A DNA stretch of 64,000 bases, from NCBI RefSeq assembly GCF_006345805.1, contig NC_042997.1, forward strand, positions 54,498,001 to 54,562,000. The letters are read 5' to 3'. The notes beneath the pieces are model-generated. The model was not told the DNA's origin and ran no database searches. It saw nothing but the letters and a program-made list of their open reading frames with translations. The stretch comes from Octopus sinensis (lineage: Eukaryota). Position numbers and translations under genes: made by a program. The stretch's first letter is position 1; every line of letters begins with the position of its first letter. Below, piece by piece: positions 50,864 to 63,829 of this stretch.

Positions 50864-52589
50864 AACAACAAACGAGATGGGGACAAATATCTGTCAAATG
50901 TAAATAATGTACACAATTCCTCATCTCTTAAATATAGAACTGTAAAACTTTAGAGATTCTGAATAGTCTGGATATTTTAAATACAGCGCGTCTCCTTCGC
51001 CATCCTCTGGGGGCGAAGCCTTTTCCATTTTGTCCACCCAGGACAATGAGGTGGATCAACAAGTCTCTTTAGTTATCTCAAAAAACATAAACAAAATAAA
51101 AAAAGAATTTTTCTTGGAAGTTATTCCTGTTTATTATGTATACTTTCAAATATATGTTTAAAAGAATTTTAAAAATTTGTCTTTACAAGAAAAAGCCGAT
51201 AACAACAGACACAGGTCAACTTCATGGTCCACTAAAAATTTACAAAGAAGCAGTGAGTCATTATAAAAAGAGGCTTCTGATATCAGGTCACCAAGCAAGC
51301 AAGAGAGTTAATTCAATCGATCAAAACTTGATTACCATGAATATTATGTCTGCCCAGATCAAAACTTGTGACTAATCTTGATAACGCTTTTGCACATCCA
51401 TAATACATTTAAGAAGTAAAATATATGCCTTCCTCTCTCTCTTTCACACACCCACACATGTATTTATATTCAATGTTTATGAATATGTGTGTATATAAAT
51501 ATATGTATTGTATAAATGTATGTATATATGTGTGCTCCTCATTTTGCTGTCAACTTTACTTGCATGAGATAGACAGAATTCATTGAGGTACGTTTTCCTA
51601 TAGCTGGCTGTCAGCCCTGTCACCAATACTTACATTGAAGATGACTCTGCTTTTATGATGGTAGCATTCGTTTACAACTATTCTGCGATGTCAAAGTGTG
51701 GAGACACTCGCTCTCGCACGCGCGCATACACGTGGATACGCCAGGCTTCATTTTCAGTTTCTACCTACCAAATTTACTCACAAAGCTTTGGTTGAACTGT
51801 GGCTGCAATAAAAGGCACTTGTGTAGTATATACATATGTCATATACATACGTACGTATATATATGACATGGCTGTGTGGTTAAGAAGTTTGCTTGAGAGT
51901 TACATAGTTAAGGGTCTCCACTAGGTTAATGTTGTTGGCTTTTCTGTATTATAATTGTAGGTCAATCACTATTTTGTGAGTGAAATTGATGACTGAAATT
52001 GAAGAAGCCTGGTGTGTGTGTGTATTTATATAATATAATATAATATAATATATCATCATCATCATCGTTTAATGTCCGTTTTCCTTGCTGGCAATGTTTC
52101 TACAGCTTGATGCCCTTCCTAACACCGACCACTCTGAGAGTGTAATGGGTGCTTTTTACGTGCCACCGGCCCAAGAGCCAGTCAGGCGGGTCTGGCATCG
52201 ATCATGTTTGGATACTGCTTTTTACGTGCCACTGGAATGGGAGCCAGTCAGGAGGCACTGGTCACAGCTACGATTTTGGTTTTACTTGACTCAACAGGCC
52301 TGCTGAAGCATATCATATTGCCTAACGCATCAAGGATACTCTTAAACAGGCTGGACATGCAACACTGGCATCAGCCATGGCTGTGATCTCACTTTAGATG
52401 CCAGGTCTTCTCAATATATATATTGTATATATTATATAATATGATATATATATACATATGTAATATAATATATATATGAGGAAATGTCATGGGGCTGGGA
52501 GTTGTGATTTGCAGTTGTGGTGATTTGCTATATACATCAAGCTAAGTAAAATTGCAGTCATCCATACGTAGAGGCATGTCTTTTGCAGG

Positions 52590-54800
52590 CGTCCATAGCT
52601 TACACCAGGTACATTGTATGGAGTTTCTACCCACAACTTTTTTATGGATTGAGCAGGGCCATCTACCTGAAGGGGTTTGTAATTTGTCAGCCTTTCTACT
52701 TACTAAGACTGGTTTTTGCTAGGTTAATCCTAAGGCCCTTCAATCCTAGACCTTGATTCCACACCCTGAACTTCGTTTCTAGTTCTGGCGGTGACTTGGC
52801 TATTAGAGCAAGGTCATTAGCATAGAGGAGCTCCCAAGGGAAGCCTGTCTTGAATTCCTCTGTTATTGCCTGGAGGACTATGATGAATAAGAAGAGGCTG
52901 AGGACTGATTCTTGGTGAGCCCCTACTTCTACCAGGAATTCTTCACTATACTCATTGCCAACTCTCACCTCACTGATAGCATCCCTGTGCATGGCTTGTG
53001 CAGCTCTTACCAACCACTCGTCTATCCCTAGTATCAGCATTGACCACCAGATAAGAGATTGAGGGACTATATCAAAGGCTTTCTCCAAGTCAACAAAAGC
53101 CAAGTAGAGAGGTTTATCTTTGGCTAGATATTTCTCCTCCGCTTGCCTTACCAGAAATATAGCATCAGTGGTGCTACTGCCTGGCACAAAACCAAACTGC
53201 ATCTCATCTAGGCTAACTCTCTCCTTCGTTAGTTGGGCTATGACTCTTTCTGTAACTTTCAACACCTGATCCAATAATTTGATACCCCCTTTGTAGCGGT
53301 TGACTATGGTGCTGCTACACCAGTCATTGGGTATGACTCCTTCATGAACTACTTGATTTACGAAGTGGGTGACAAGACCATAACCCACACTGCCTGATAT
53401 TTTAAGCATCTCAGTGGTGATTCCTGATGGACCAGGTGCTTTCCCTGTCTTCATATCCTTAATTGCTTTATCTACCAGGGTACTTTCGATTTGGATTGCT
53501 GGTCCCTCAGTTGGGTTAACCTTTGGCAAACTCTCCTCCTCCCATTCATTCTCCACATTCAGCAGTCTTTCATAATGGTATCTCCAAGCCTCTTTCTCTG
53601 TAGAATCATTAAACGCAAGGGCACCATCATCTATGCAGACACATTTCTCTCCTATGGCATCACAGTTTTCTCTCGTGCACTGTCTTGCAATCCAAAATAC
53701 TTTAGTTCTTTGGTCCTCATGTCGCTGAACATTGGCAAACTTCTTTTCTGTTACTTGGCTATATATGCCTGTCTCCTAGCTTCCTTTTTGGATATCTGCT
53801 ACACTCTTCCAGGCCTGTTTCATTGCTGTAATGGTTCTGTCTACAGTATTGTTCTACCACCATGTTACCCTAGGTCTGGAAATGACTTTGCACCAGCCAC
53901 ATATTTCGTCTGTGGTGCTCAGCAAGCTGTCTCACAAGAATTCCCAGCTGCCTTCTATATCACAGGACTGTAGCTCCTCCTCTTTCTCATCAAATTTTTC
54001 GGTAAGAATATCCCTAAAATCTCTGACCATGTGAAGGGTTCTGTAGCTTCCACGTCCTTTTCCAAATTGGTCTGCTTTTTGGCATCCTTCTGGCCTCAAG
54101 TCTAAAGTCACTAACAACTAGTCTTCACCATTTGTATTTAAGAGCAACCATGCATCCTGCTGTCTGGTGAGAAGATACCAGGTTGCTGTCTGACATGCCC
54201 ATTAAAATCTCCAGCCGCAAAGATGAGATCATTGTCACTCATCTATGAAGTAGTTTGCTGAAGAATATCATAAAAGTGATCCTTCTGTTCATTTGGTAGT
54301 CCCGCTTGTGGGGCTTAAGCAGAGATAATTGTAGCTATACCATTCTGAAAGACTAGCCCGAGTTTAAGTACTGCACACCCTCACTACCTCTATGACCTTA
54401 TCCACCCATTTCTCTGCAAAAAGTATGCCCACACCCCCTATTCTATCACTATTACCTTCTCAGAAGAGTTTATACCTATGTGCTTTGCCTGTGAGGATTC
54501 TGGCTGAAGCTCCTCTCCACCTTACCTTTTTTTCACAACATAAATCAACATGTCTCCGTTCAAGCATATCTACACTCTTGCTAGACCTACCTTTCAATGT
54601 ACCTATATTTACAGTGCCAACTCTGAAAACCAGGAAAGAGATATGGGCGGTTACAGGAAGGAGAAATGTTATTCAGTACCTGCTTATAATCCACTAGGAA
54701 AGCATAAATGGGCTTCTTGCCATGTCTTGACACACTATGCAGTCTTTGTAAACAAAAGAAGCTCATAACTATGGCTCAACTCTTTTGTTGCTCAGTAGAC
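52590..54800 (-). mobile_element. RTE LINE, degenerate APE endonuclease plus RT, 3' end missing
   Basis: GDFNGHV-like APE remnant near 54200. ORF 52696-53556: KAPGPSGIT.EMLK, QFGFVPGSSTTDAIF, AFVDLEKAFD, ELLYAND. Confidence 0.92.
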
Positions 54801-55199
54801 TAGAGAATTATTTTCTTGCTTGGAAGTAGGTGAGGGGTGTGACAGGAAGGCTAACCATAAAAATATGCATTAATGAATCCTGTCTGGCTCATGCAAGCAT
54901 GGAAAACAGGACATTAAAATGAGGTGGCACGTAAAAAGCACCAACCGATCGGGGCTGTTGCCAGCCTCGCCTGGCACCGTGCCAGCGGCATGTAAAAAGC
55001 ACCCACTACACTCACGGAGTGGTTTGTGTTAGGAAGGGCATCCAGCTGTAGAAACACTGCCAGATCAGACTGGGCTTGGTGCAGCCTCCTGGCTTCCCAG
55101 ACCCCAGTCGAACCGTCCAATGCATGCTAGCATGGAAAGCAGACGTTAAATGATGATGATGATACACACACACACATTTGTTCCATTATGAAAAATAGG

Positions 55200-55640
55200 A
55201 TTGGGGCTGAGGACTGAACCTTAGTGGACCCCGACTTCAACCCGGAATTCTTCACTGTACTCGTTACCAACCCTCACCTTACTGACAGCGTCCCTGTACA
55301 TGGCTTGCACAGCTCTCACTAACCATTCATCTATCCCTAGTTTCCTCATTGACCACCAGATAAGGGATTGGGGAACCCTGTCAAAGGCTTTGTACATATT
55401 CCAGCCTTACACCCATTTTGATGTACATTTTTCTGTAATTGCACAAGTAGTTAGCTCTTCTTCAACATCACATATTGCCAATCAACATGGGCCTTTGCCA
55501 TGTCCTTTGTGAGATGCAACATCTTGAAATCAGCCTTCATCACTTTATCCCAAGTCTTCCTGAGTTTCCCTCTTCCACAGGTTGCATTCACTTGGCATGT
55601 CTTTATGCAGCTTTTATACTTCATATGTGGCATATACTTA
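55200..55640 (-). mobile_element. RTE LINE fragments
   Basis: KAFDRVPQSLIWWSMRKLGIDEWLVRAVQAMYRDA and CGRGKLRKTWDKV remnants. Confidence 0.8.
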
Positions 55641-56959
55641 CCATTGTAGTCTTCTTTCTTCCACTTTACACATGATTCTCTTAATATCTAGTTTTTCTTA
55701 CAACTCATATACTCTAACATTACACAATCTGCATAGAACGCTCACTTCATTTCTTTCTACCCTCAATAAATTCTCTGCATTCAAGACCTCCAGCTCCCTA
55801 TCATGCAGATTCACATTTCATTCATATGCATCATGTAATCAGCCCTTCACTCTGAGGGAAGTGTTGCCAACTGATGTCAAAACTCCATTAACATTTTTCA
55901 ACCCATTCTTACTCTGTTACTTTGCTTTCGGAACACCTGTCCTACTGCTAATTGAGTCACCTAGGTAACAGAAGCTATTAACTATTTCTAGAAAGATACC
56001 TAGAAAAGTACAAAATGAAAATTCTACATATCTATATTCAGTGCTTTCTGAACATCATGTGAAAAAAAAAGAAAAGAAAAAAGATTTTAAACTACAATTT
56101 ATGGTTGAAGGGAGATTATTTTAAAATGCTAAGAATGTAGCTCTTTAGTAATGGACCCTTTTATAGTTAATTTAAAGGAAACGAATGCTTATTGTTCAGT
56201 TTGATATGAAAGATAAAAAAAGAAAAAATTTAATCAAAAAAGAAATAAAAATAAAATAAAAAAGAAAGGAAATAAAAAATATAAAAAAGCAAGGAAAAGT
56301 GAAGAAAAGTAAAGGCAAAAGAGAAGCATATATTAAAAAATTCTGCATGGGTTTCACCCAATTATATAATATGAAGTTAATGTTTTCACTTACAAAATGC
56401 CTCAAACATGATATTTAAATATCATTGTTGCAGTGAGTTTTTCAGGATCAGTCTTTTTTCCACAGTGCAGAGGTCAGATCTTTCACAGTTATTTACATAT
56501 TTTAGCTCACAGTTTTTTATTTTAAAAACCTGAAATAACTCAAGAGACCTGTTACATTTTGTTTACCAGTGTTTCTGAAAGAAGAGGCATTGTTGTAAAA
56601 TTTTGTATCTGAATGTCATTTTTGTCTTACTAGTATAGACTGGCATGCAGGTTTGGGTCTGTTGATTAATTTCCATCTCATATATTATGGGTTTTGCTTT
56701 GCATACACTGTGTGTGTGTGTGTGTGTGCAATTGTATTTATGTGAACGACTAACTTCAGTGGATGTAGTAGACTAGTGGATAGGATATAATTTGCTTTTG
56801 ACTTATGGTGCAGTTAAATTGAAAATTATTCTGTTGCATATTTTGGCTAATTTAATTATATTAGCAATCCATTTTACTACCTTTGTATGCCTACTGCATC
56901 TCAACAAGTATCATTACTTAACCAGAAGAATTTATATCTGTGTTCTTTACCTGTACACA

Positions 56960-56967
56960 CACGCGTG

Positions 56968-57011
<44 letters not shown>

Positions 57012-57050
57012 AACATACACACAAATACACACACACACACACACACACAG
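56960..57050. repeat. (CA)n microsatellite
   Basis: Direct inspection. Confidence 0.95.
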
Positions 57051-57695
57051 TGAAGATCATAACATTAGGCAAAGAACTCTTGAACAATTACTCTGAAGGC
57101 ACATCTGTTCCATATGATCTAATGATGAATGGATTTGGAAGAGAAATACTCATCATGGGTACATATCCCCAAGTTAGAGAATTTCGGCAACATTGATTGT
57201 AATATTAGCCTCTCTTGGACTAGCAATAAGTACATCACATTTCATCTAGAAGGTTAAGCCTTTGTTATCCAAGAACAGGAGATAGTTATGAAATATCTGA
57301 TCAATAAAAGAGATATAAATACCTCTAAACACCTATGCTGTGATAGAAAATGTCAATTAAATCATACCAGTGTAAAAGATATCACTCATATCATCAGTAG
57401 CTGCTCAAAAATGTCTGCAAGATACTAACTCCCCATGAAACATGACATTTTTACCAAAATCGTCTACAGTGCTTTACACATGGATTATCTCAACAGCTAT
57501 ACCAAAGGTACAACAGAAATAGCGAGTATCCACACAATATATATATGTACATCATCATCATCATCATCGTTTAACGTCCACTTTCCATGCTAGCATGGGT
57601 TGGACGATTTGACTGAGGGCTGGCGAACCAGATTGCTGTACCAGGCTCCAATCTTGAGCTGGCAGAATTTCTACAGCTGGATGCCCTTCCTAACA

Positions 57696-57698
<3 letters not shown>

Positions 57699-57773
<75 letters not shown>

Positions 57774-57781
57774 GTATATAT
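57699..57781. repeat. (TA)n microsatellite
   Basis: Direct inspection. Similar tracts at ~36318-36350, ~63525-63565, ~63788-63826. Confidence 0.95.
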
Positions 57782-57971
57782 AGGAACATATGCAACTTGT
57801 ACAGCTATGATATATAATGGTATGAATTAGAACAGCATGTATAGTGGAAAGACAATAAGAGAAATTATTGAGTAAAAGATTGGAAATAAAATAATCATGC
57901 AGGGGAGGTGATTGTGCAGAAAGGGAGGAATGGGGGAAGAAAGATTATGTGTTTATGTGTGCATGTATATA

Positions 57972-58510
57972 CAGGTTTATTAAAAAAGAATGAACCGATT
58001 TCATTATGCAATATTTTATCGTGGAAAAGCGATAGAAAACTCCAGCTAAGTCATAAGTATTTCTCACGTTCAACTTTTATTTTCTTTTGTTACAAGTGTT
58101 CAATGTGGCCACCACCTGCAGCATGGGCAACATCAATGCAATAAAAGAATTCCTCCCAGACACGTATCAGCATATTATGATCCACTGAGCTGATTGTTGT
58201 TATTCGATGTTTAAGGTCATTGAGGTTAGTGAGGAACATAAGTGCGATCTTTCACATATCCCCACAAGAAAAAATCACAGACGGTGAGGTCTGGGGATCT
58301 CGCAAGCCAAGTAGATACGTGTCTGGGAGAAATTCTCTTATCGAATTGATGTTGCCTGTGCTGCAGGTGGTGGCCACATTGAACACTTGTAAGACAGAAA
58401 ATAAAAGTTGATTGTGAGTAAATACTTGTAACTTAGCTGGAGTTTTCTATTGCTTTTCCTTATTAAAATACTGCTTAATGAAATCAGTTCATTCTTTTTG
58501 AATAACCCTG
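57972..58510. mobile_element. Tc1/mariner-derived foldback with long TIRs that include the transposase 3' end
   Basis: TA|CAGGTTTATTAAAAAAGAATGAAC ... GTTCATTCTTTTTGAATAACCCTG|TA. RSPDLTVCDFFLWGYVKD on the minus strand. AAGGGHIEHL* in both arms. Confidence 0.88.
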
Positions 58511-59559
58511 TATGTGTATGTGTGTGTGTACATACTGAAGGTTTTACAGATCTTATAAGTAATGTTGAGAAAATTTTATTGAGAAATTTGTAATTTTAGT
58601 GAGTTCTTACACAAGCTGTTGTACTGTTCTGAATAGTCATAAGGTGCATAAGTTTGATGGAAGACAAGGTTCATATAGTAAAGACAATGCATTTGTGAAG
58701 TTTGTGATTGCCATTTTTTGCTTAGCTCATAGCTTAACATGTCAAAAGTGCTTCCTGCACAAGAAAACCCATACAACTATGAGATTTGAAGAAAATTATT
58801 TTCAAGGAAAAATAAATAATGCAAATTGGCATAAGATACTTCAAACTAGAAAGCAACTGCATCATAGTAAATTATTTCATTTAAAAGTTTATCTTAAAAA
58901 TATATAAAATAGTTCATACAAAAGGGAATCCACACTGGTGTGATATTTTTAATAAAACATTCCTATGAAAAGAGAGCATTACCCATCATAAAGTGTTACA
59001 CTCAGACATGAACTTTTGTAGTAAAGCATATTTTGTAAAGAAAAGATTACAGTTTGAAAAAGAAATAGCATACTGAAGAGAAACAATGCATGAGTGAGTG
59101 TTTTTAGCTAAGTTTGAACCAGGCTCTTAGAAGGGGTTTCCATGATTTCTCAGCGCACCACGACCATTACATTTCCGCAAGATGTCATAAACTAAATTTA
59201 AACCCATTGGTCAATCTTTTCTTTTCTCTTCTCTTACATCTTTGGACTTCAGCTCAATCTAGACTTCATAGATCACTTCTTACTTATATGTGAACCACAT
59301 ACCGTATTCTTCTTTAAAAATACAAATTTTACTCTCCCTGCCACTTATCTCTCTCACCTAGGTATCAGCTACAAAATCTTTCACTTACTCTGGGTTAAAG
59401 TCTCTTTCCTCCACTCTGCTACACACCTTTGTTTTCTCTACTTTCTCCAAACATAAGCACTAGCAACTCTTCAATAACATTTTGTCCTGCATTGATGATT
59501 TCTATCTCACTTTGCTACTCTCCAGAGTCATAGTTCTTGCTGATTTCTGTGGAATGATG

Positions 59560-61148
59560 TGGTAGACAGAGCCATTAGAACTAAGAAACGGGCCTGGTAG
59601 GCCTAGAAGAATGGGGGTAGCAGCGACCTGTATCAGATTGTGAGCAGGGATGCAAGGAGACAAGTATATCTAGCCAAGGGAGAAGCAGAAAAGAAGTTTG
59701 GCTATGTTCAGCGATGTGAGGATCAAAGAACTGAAGTGTTTTGGATTGCCAGACAATGTGTGAAAGAAAATCGTTATGTCATAGGAGAGAAATATGTCCA
59801 TATGAATGATGGTGCATTTGCATTTAATGATTCTGCAAAGATAGAGGCTTGGAAATGCCATTATGAAAGACTGACAAATGTAGAGAATGAGTGGGAAGAG
59901 GAGAGTCTGCCAAATGTCGACCCAATTGAAGGACCAGCTGCCCAAATTGACAGTTCCATGGTAAGTAAAGCAATTAAGGATATGAAGAAAGGAAAGCCCC
60001 CGGCCCATCAGGAATCACTGCTGAGATGCTTAAAATATGTGGTGGTATAGGTTATGGTCTAGTCACCCATATTGTAAATTAAGTGGTTCACAAAGGAGTC
60101 ATACCCAATGACTGGTGTAGCAGCACCATAGTCAACTGCTACAAAGGTAAAGATGATGTCTTAGATAGAAATAATTATAGAGATATCAGATTACTTGATC
60201 AGGTGATGAAAGTTACAGAGTGAGTCATAGCCCAACTATGATGATTAGGGAGAGAGTTCACTTAGATGTGATACAGTTTGGTTTTGTGCCAAGGAGAAGC
60301 ACCACTGATGCTATATTTCTGGTAAGGAAGCTGCAGGAGAAATGCATAGCTAAAGATAACGCTCTGTACTTGGCCTTTATTGACTTGGAGAAAGCCTTTG
60401 ACAGGGTCTCCCAATCCCTTATTTGGTGGTCAATGCGGAAACTAGGGATAGATGAGTGAGCGGTACAAGGGATGCTACAAGTAAGGTGAGGGCTGGCAAT
60501 GAGTACAGCAAAAAATTCAGGGTACAAGTAGGGGTTCATCAAGGATCAGTGCTCAGCCTCCTCTTCTTCATCATAGTTCTCTGGGCAATAACAGAGGAAT
60601 TCAAGACAGGCTTCTCCTGGGAGCTCCTCTATGCTGATGACTTTGTTCTTATTGCTGAATCACTACCTGAACTAGAGAAAAAATTCCAGGTATGGAAGCA
60701 AGGTCTAGAATCAAAGGATTTTAGTGTTAACCTAGCAAAAACCAGAGTCTTAACAAGTAGGAAGACAGACAAATCACAAATCCCTTCAGGCAGATGGCTC
60801 TGCTTGATCTGTAGAAAAGGTGTAGGTAGAAACTCCATAAGATGCACCCAGTATCAGCTTTGGACACATAAATGGTGCAGCAATATCAGGAGGAGGTTAA
60901 CAGGGAAACTAACTGTTATACATGGAAGATGCACAGGTACGATAAATACTGAAAATGTGCAGAAAATAGACTCCATCAACTGCTAAGGGGGCAAGCTAGA
61001 GGTTGTAGATAACTTCCATAATATAGGTGATCAAGTTATTAGTGGAAGTGGATTCTCTGAGAGTATAGCTGTGAGAATAAGATTAGGTTGAGCTAAGTTC
61101 AGAGAGCTCCTACTCCTGCTGGCAACAAAGGGCCTCTCAGAGTGACTT
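59560..61148 (+). mobile_element. RTE LINE fragment (RT with Cys-rich insert)
   Basis: ORFs 59640-60050, 60220-60459, 60456-60986: QFGFVPRRSTTDAIF, AFIDLEKAFD, GVHQGSVLS, ELLYADD. Confidence 0.92.
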
Positions 61149-61995
61149 GTTGGCCCAGTCAGGGTGCCTGAAGAGGTTAAAGTGATCACAGCCGCCTACT
61201 GCAATCTCCTGAATGAGGTCTTGGATCCCTGGCTAGATGACATACTGCTGTCACTTCTAAAGAATCTTGTATTCATGCATGACAATGCTCCCTACCACTC
61301 TGCAAGGATTACTCAAACATTCCTAGGGTTTTATGGCATACAAGGTGAAAGGTTGATGGTGTGGCCACTAGCATCTCCAGATCTCAACCCTATCGAAAAT
61401 CTTTGGTCCATCATTAAACAAGATGTTTATGCTAATGAATGCCAATTTACATTGAAAGATGTCTTATGGGTGACCATCAAAGCTGCAGCAGAGGCAGTCC
61501 AACCTGTTACTATTAAGAAATTGACAGATTCCATGACTAATAGGACTTTTAAAGTATTCTGTCAAAATGGCGCTCATGTGGCTAAATAATTATGTCAATA
61601 AATGTTATAATATTATAACAATTGCAGCGTGGAAGGTGTTTGTAAGCCATTTAAGAAACACACAAAAGCTGTTCGGTTCACTTCAACATTTAAGTTTAAT
61701 TTGTCAAAATATTTTCGTCGCTTTAAGACCAGGACCTGTTCACTAACAAAAATCTGTGCTGCATTGGATTTTTGTCAGTGAGCATGTCGCGGTCTTAAAG
61801 CGACAAAAATATTTTGACAAATTAAACTTAAATGTTGAAGTGAACTGAACGGCTTTTGTGTGTTTCTTAAATGGCTTACAAACACCTTCCACGCTGCAAT
61901 TGTTTTCGTTTCAGCATACGATCTCAGATCAAATCACTTGCTATGAAAGTACATCTCCGTAAAAATATTATTATGGTTTTCTGTAAAACTCACTG
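61149..61995 (+). mobile_element. Tc1-like transposon 3' half (transposase C-terminus plus right end)
   Basis: FMHDNAPYHSA..WPLASPDLNPIENLWSIIK (DD34E-type catalytic region), stop at 61589, terminus ...GTAAAACTCACTG|TA at 61995. Confidence 0.85.
61617..61904. mobile_element. ~288-bp near-perfect palindrome (foldback element) nested in the Tc1 3' region
   Basis: AACAATTGCAGCGTGGAAGGTGTTTGTAAGCCATTTAAGAAACACACAAAAGC... mirrored by ...GCTTTTGTGTGTTTCTTAAATGGCTTACAAACACCTTCCACGCTGCAATTGTT. Confidence 0.9.
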
Positions 61996-62944
61996 TATGC
62001 TTAATATGTATCATTAACCTTCATTTTCTGAAGAAAAAAATGTCTAGATGGGCTATTTTTATTCAAAAGCTATTAGTGTTCAACCAAAAACGGAAGAATC
62101 TGAAATAAAAAATATAGGACGATACACCGAATAATGAAAAAAACAATGGTGTTGCCATAGTGTGCCAACCAGCTGGGAAAAGTTTTATCAAAATCAGTTC
62201 ACAGAAAACCGAGAAATCCTAAATTTCACTCCTAAGCTTTTAGCATGGTTCTGGGTATAGTGTGAAAGTTGGGAAGAAAGTTTTCTGTGATATACGATAA
62301 TTAACTCATTATGTACAGTGAGAAACATTCTGCATATTTTATAGTTTGTATATAGTTTATTTTAAAAGTTTAACATTTTTATCAAATTACCTGTACTATT
62401 TTCATCCAATTACCTGTTAGATTAGTCATATGAAGAAGAATGTTGCTTGTAAGAGTATCCTAATTTTAATTGTAACTAAATCTTAAGTATAGAATGATAA
62501 AGATTCATGTCAATAAATCTAGGTTGGCTTTCTTAGGTTGTTTGGACAGCACTGAAGTTTTTATCTTTGTCATGTTTCAGGAGAGGATGTAATAAAATTC
62601 ATCTCTCAATTCCCTCTCCAGATCAACGATGCAATTTCAATTGCAAACTACAAGCTATCAAATTACTTATTTATTACACATGCTCTTGTTGGTTATAGCT
62701 GACAGTTGTGTCTTCACATGCTGTACATTTACTAATAACTGAACTGATTTATTGGGGGTTAAGTATCTTTCTCAAGAACATGATACAGTACCAATGTTGA
62801 GAGTTGTACCATCAATCTTTTCTCAATTCCTCCAGTGGCAAGTTTCTATTTGGTATTAATAATTTGAAAACAAAAAAATAGAAATCTTATCCAAGATTAA
62901 ACAGAAAGTTATAGGATGTTTATTCAACATGTTTACTTAAATCT

Positions 62945-63120
62945 AAGGTGGCAAGCTGGCAGAGTTGCTAGCATATTGGGCAAAATGCTTAACATTTTGT
63001 CTCTTTATGTTTGGAGATTAAATTCCACTAATATCACTTTTCCCTTTCATCCTTTTGGAGTTGATAAAAGTAGTACCAATTAAACACTGGGGTTGATTTA
63101 ATCAACACTCACCCTCCCCC
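62945..63120 (+). mobile_element. tRNA-derived SINE, degenerate
   Basis: GGTGGCAAGCTGGCAGAGTTGCTAGC...CCTTTCATCCTTTTGGAGTTGATAAAAGTAGTACC. Confidence 0.7.
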
Positions 63121-63524
63121 AAACTTAAATCATAAATGCTGAATAAAAGTGAACTTTCGAAAATCTTCCTACTCAGTATAATAGGTGAATGAGTTATTTT
63201 TTGTTTTGATTGATTTTGACAAAGGATATAATGAAATCAACATAGTTATTATTAGTTGTACAAACATACTTTAGAAGGTGAAACTATATATATCTTGTCT
63301 CTAACAGGTTAGAAAACTAATGCTAAATGTCACCTATCAAGTTCCTCAATATGCTGTCTATAATGAAAGTGATAGGATGATATTTAATGATATTTACAAG
63401 TGAAAGTAAAATGAATCAATATATCAATAATATAATATGTGTGTGTTTGTGTGTATGTATATATATATGATCGTTTTAATGTCCACTCTTTCATACTTGT
63501 ATATGTGTGGTGTGTTTGTGTGTG

Positions 63525-63567
<43 letters not shown>

Positions 63568-63636
63568 AAAGAAATGGCAAGACAACAAAAGAAGGAAAGA
63601 GACCTCAATATTATGTTAATAGAGGAATTTATCTGT

Positions 63637-63782
63637 AAATATAATATGTGACAATTATTTGGTAGCGATGATAAAACGCCGAGTTTCAGATGTTGGGGCA
63701 GAAGAGATGCTGGCGTGGGTTTCCGTCCCGACATCCAAAACTCAGAGTTTTATCATGGCTACCAAATAATTGTCACATATTA

Positions 63783-63787
<5 letters not shown>
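63637..63787. mobile_element. Small MITE with ~40-bp TIRs
   Basis: AAATATAATATGTGACAATTATTTGGTAGCGATGATAAAAC ... GTTTTATCATGGCTACCAAATAATTGTCACATATTATATTT. Confidence 0.8.

Positions 63788-63829
<42 letters not shown>

Larger units (their letters stand above)
50381..50940. mobile_element. Head-to-head foldback of two tRNA-headed, hammerhead-motif repeats (solo pLTR-like units)
   Basis: 50381-50620 (-) and 50620-50940 (+) are inverted copies of the unit at 27606-27831, joined at CTACGCCATGGGCACATAGCGTAG. Confidence 0.9.
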
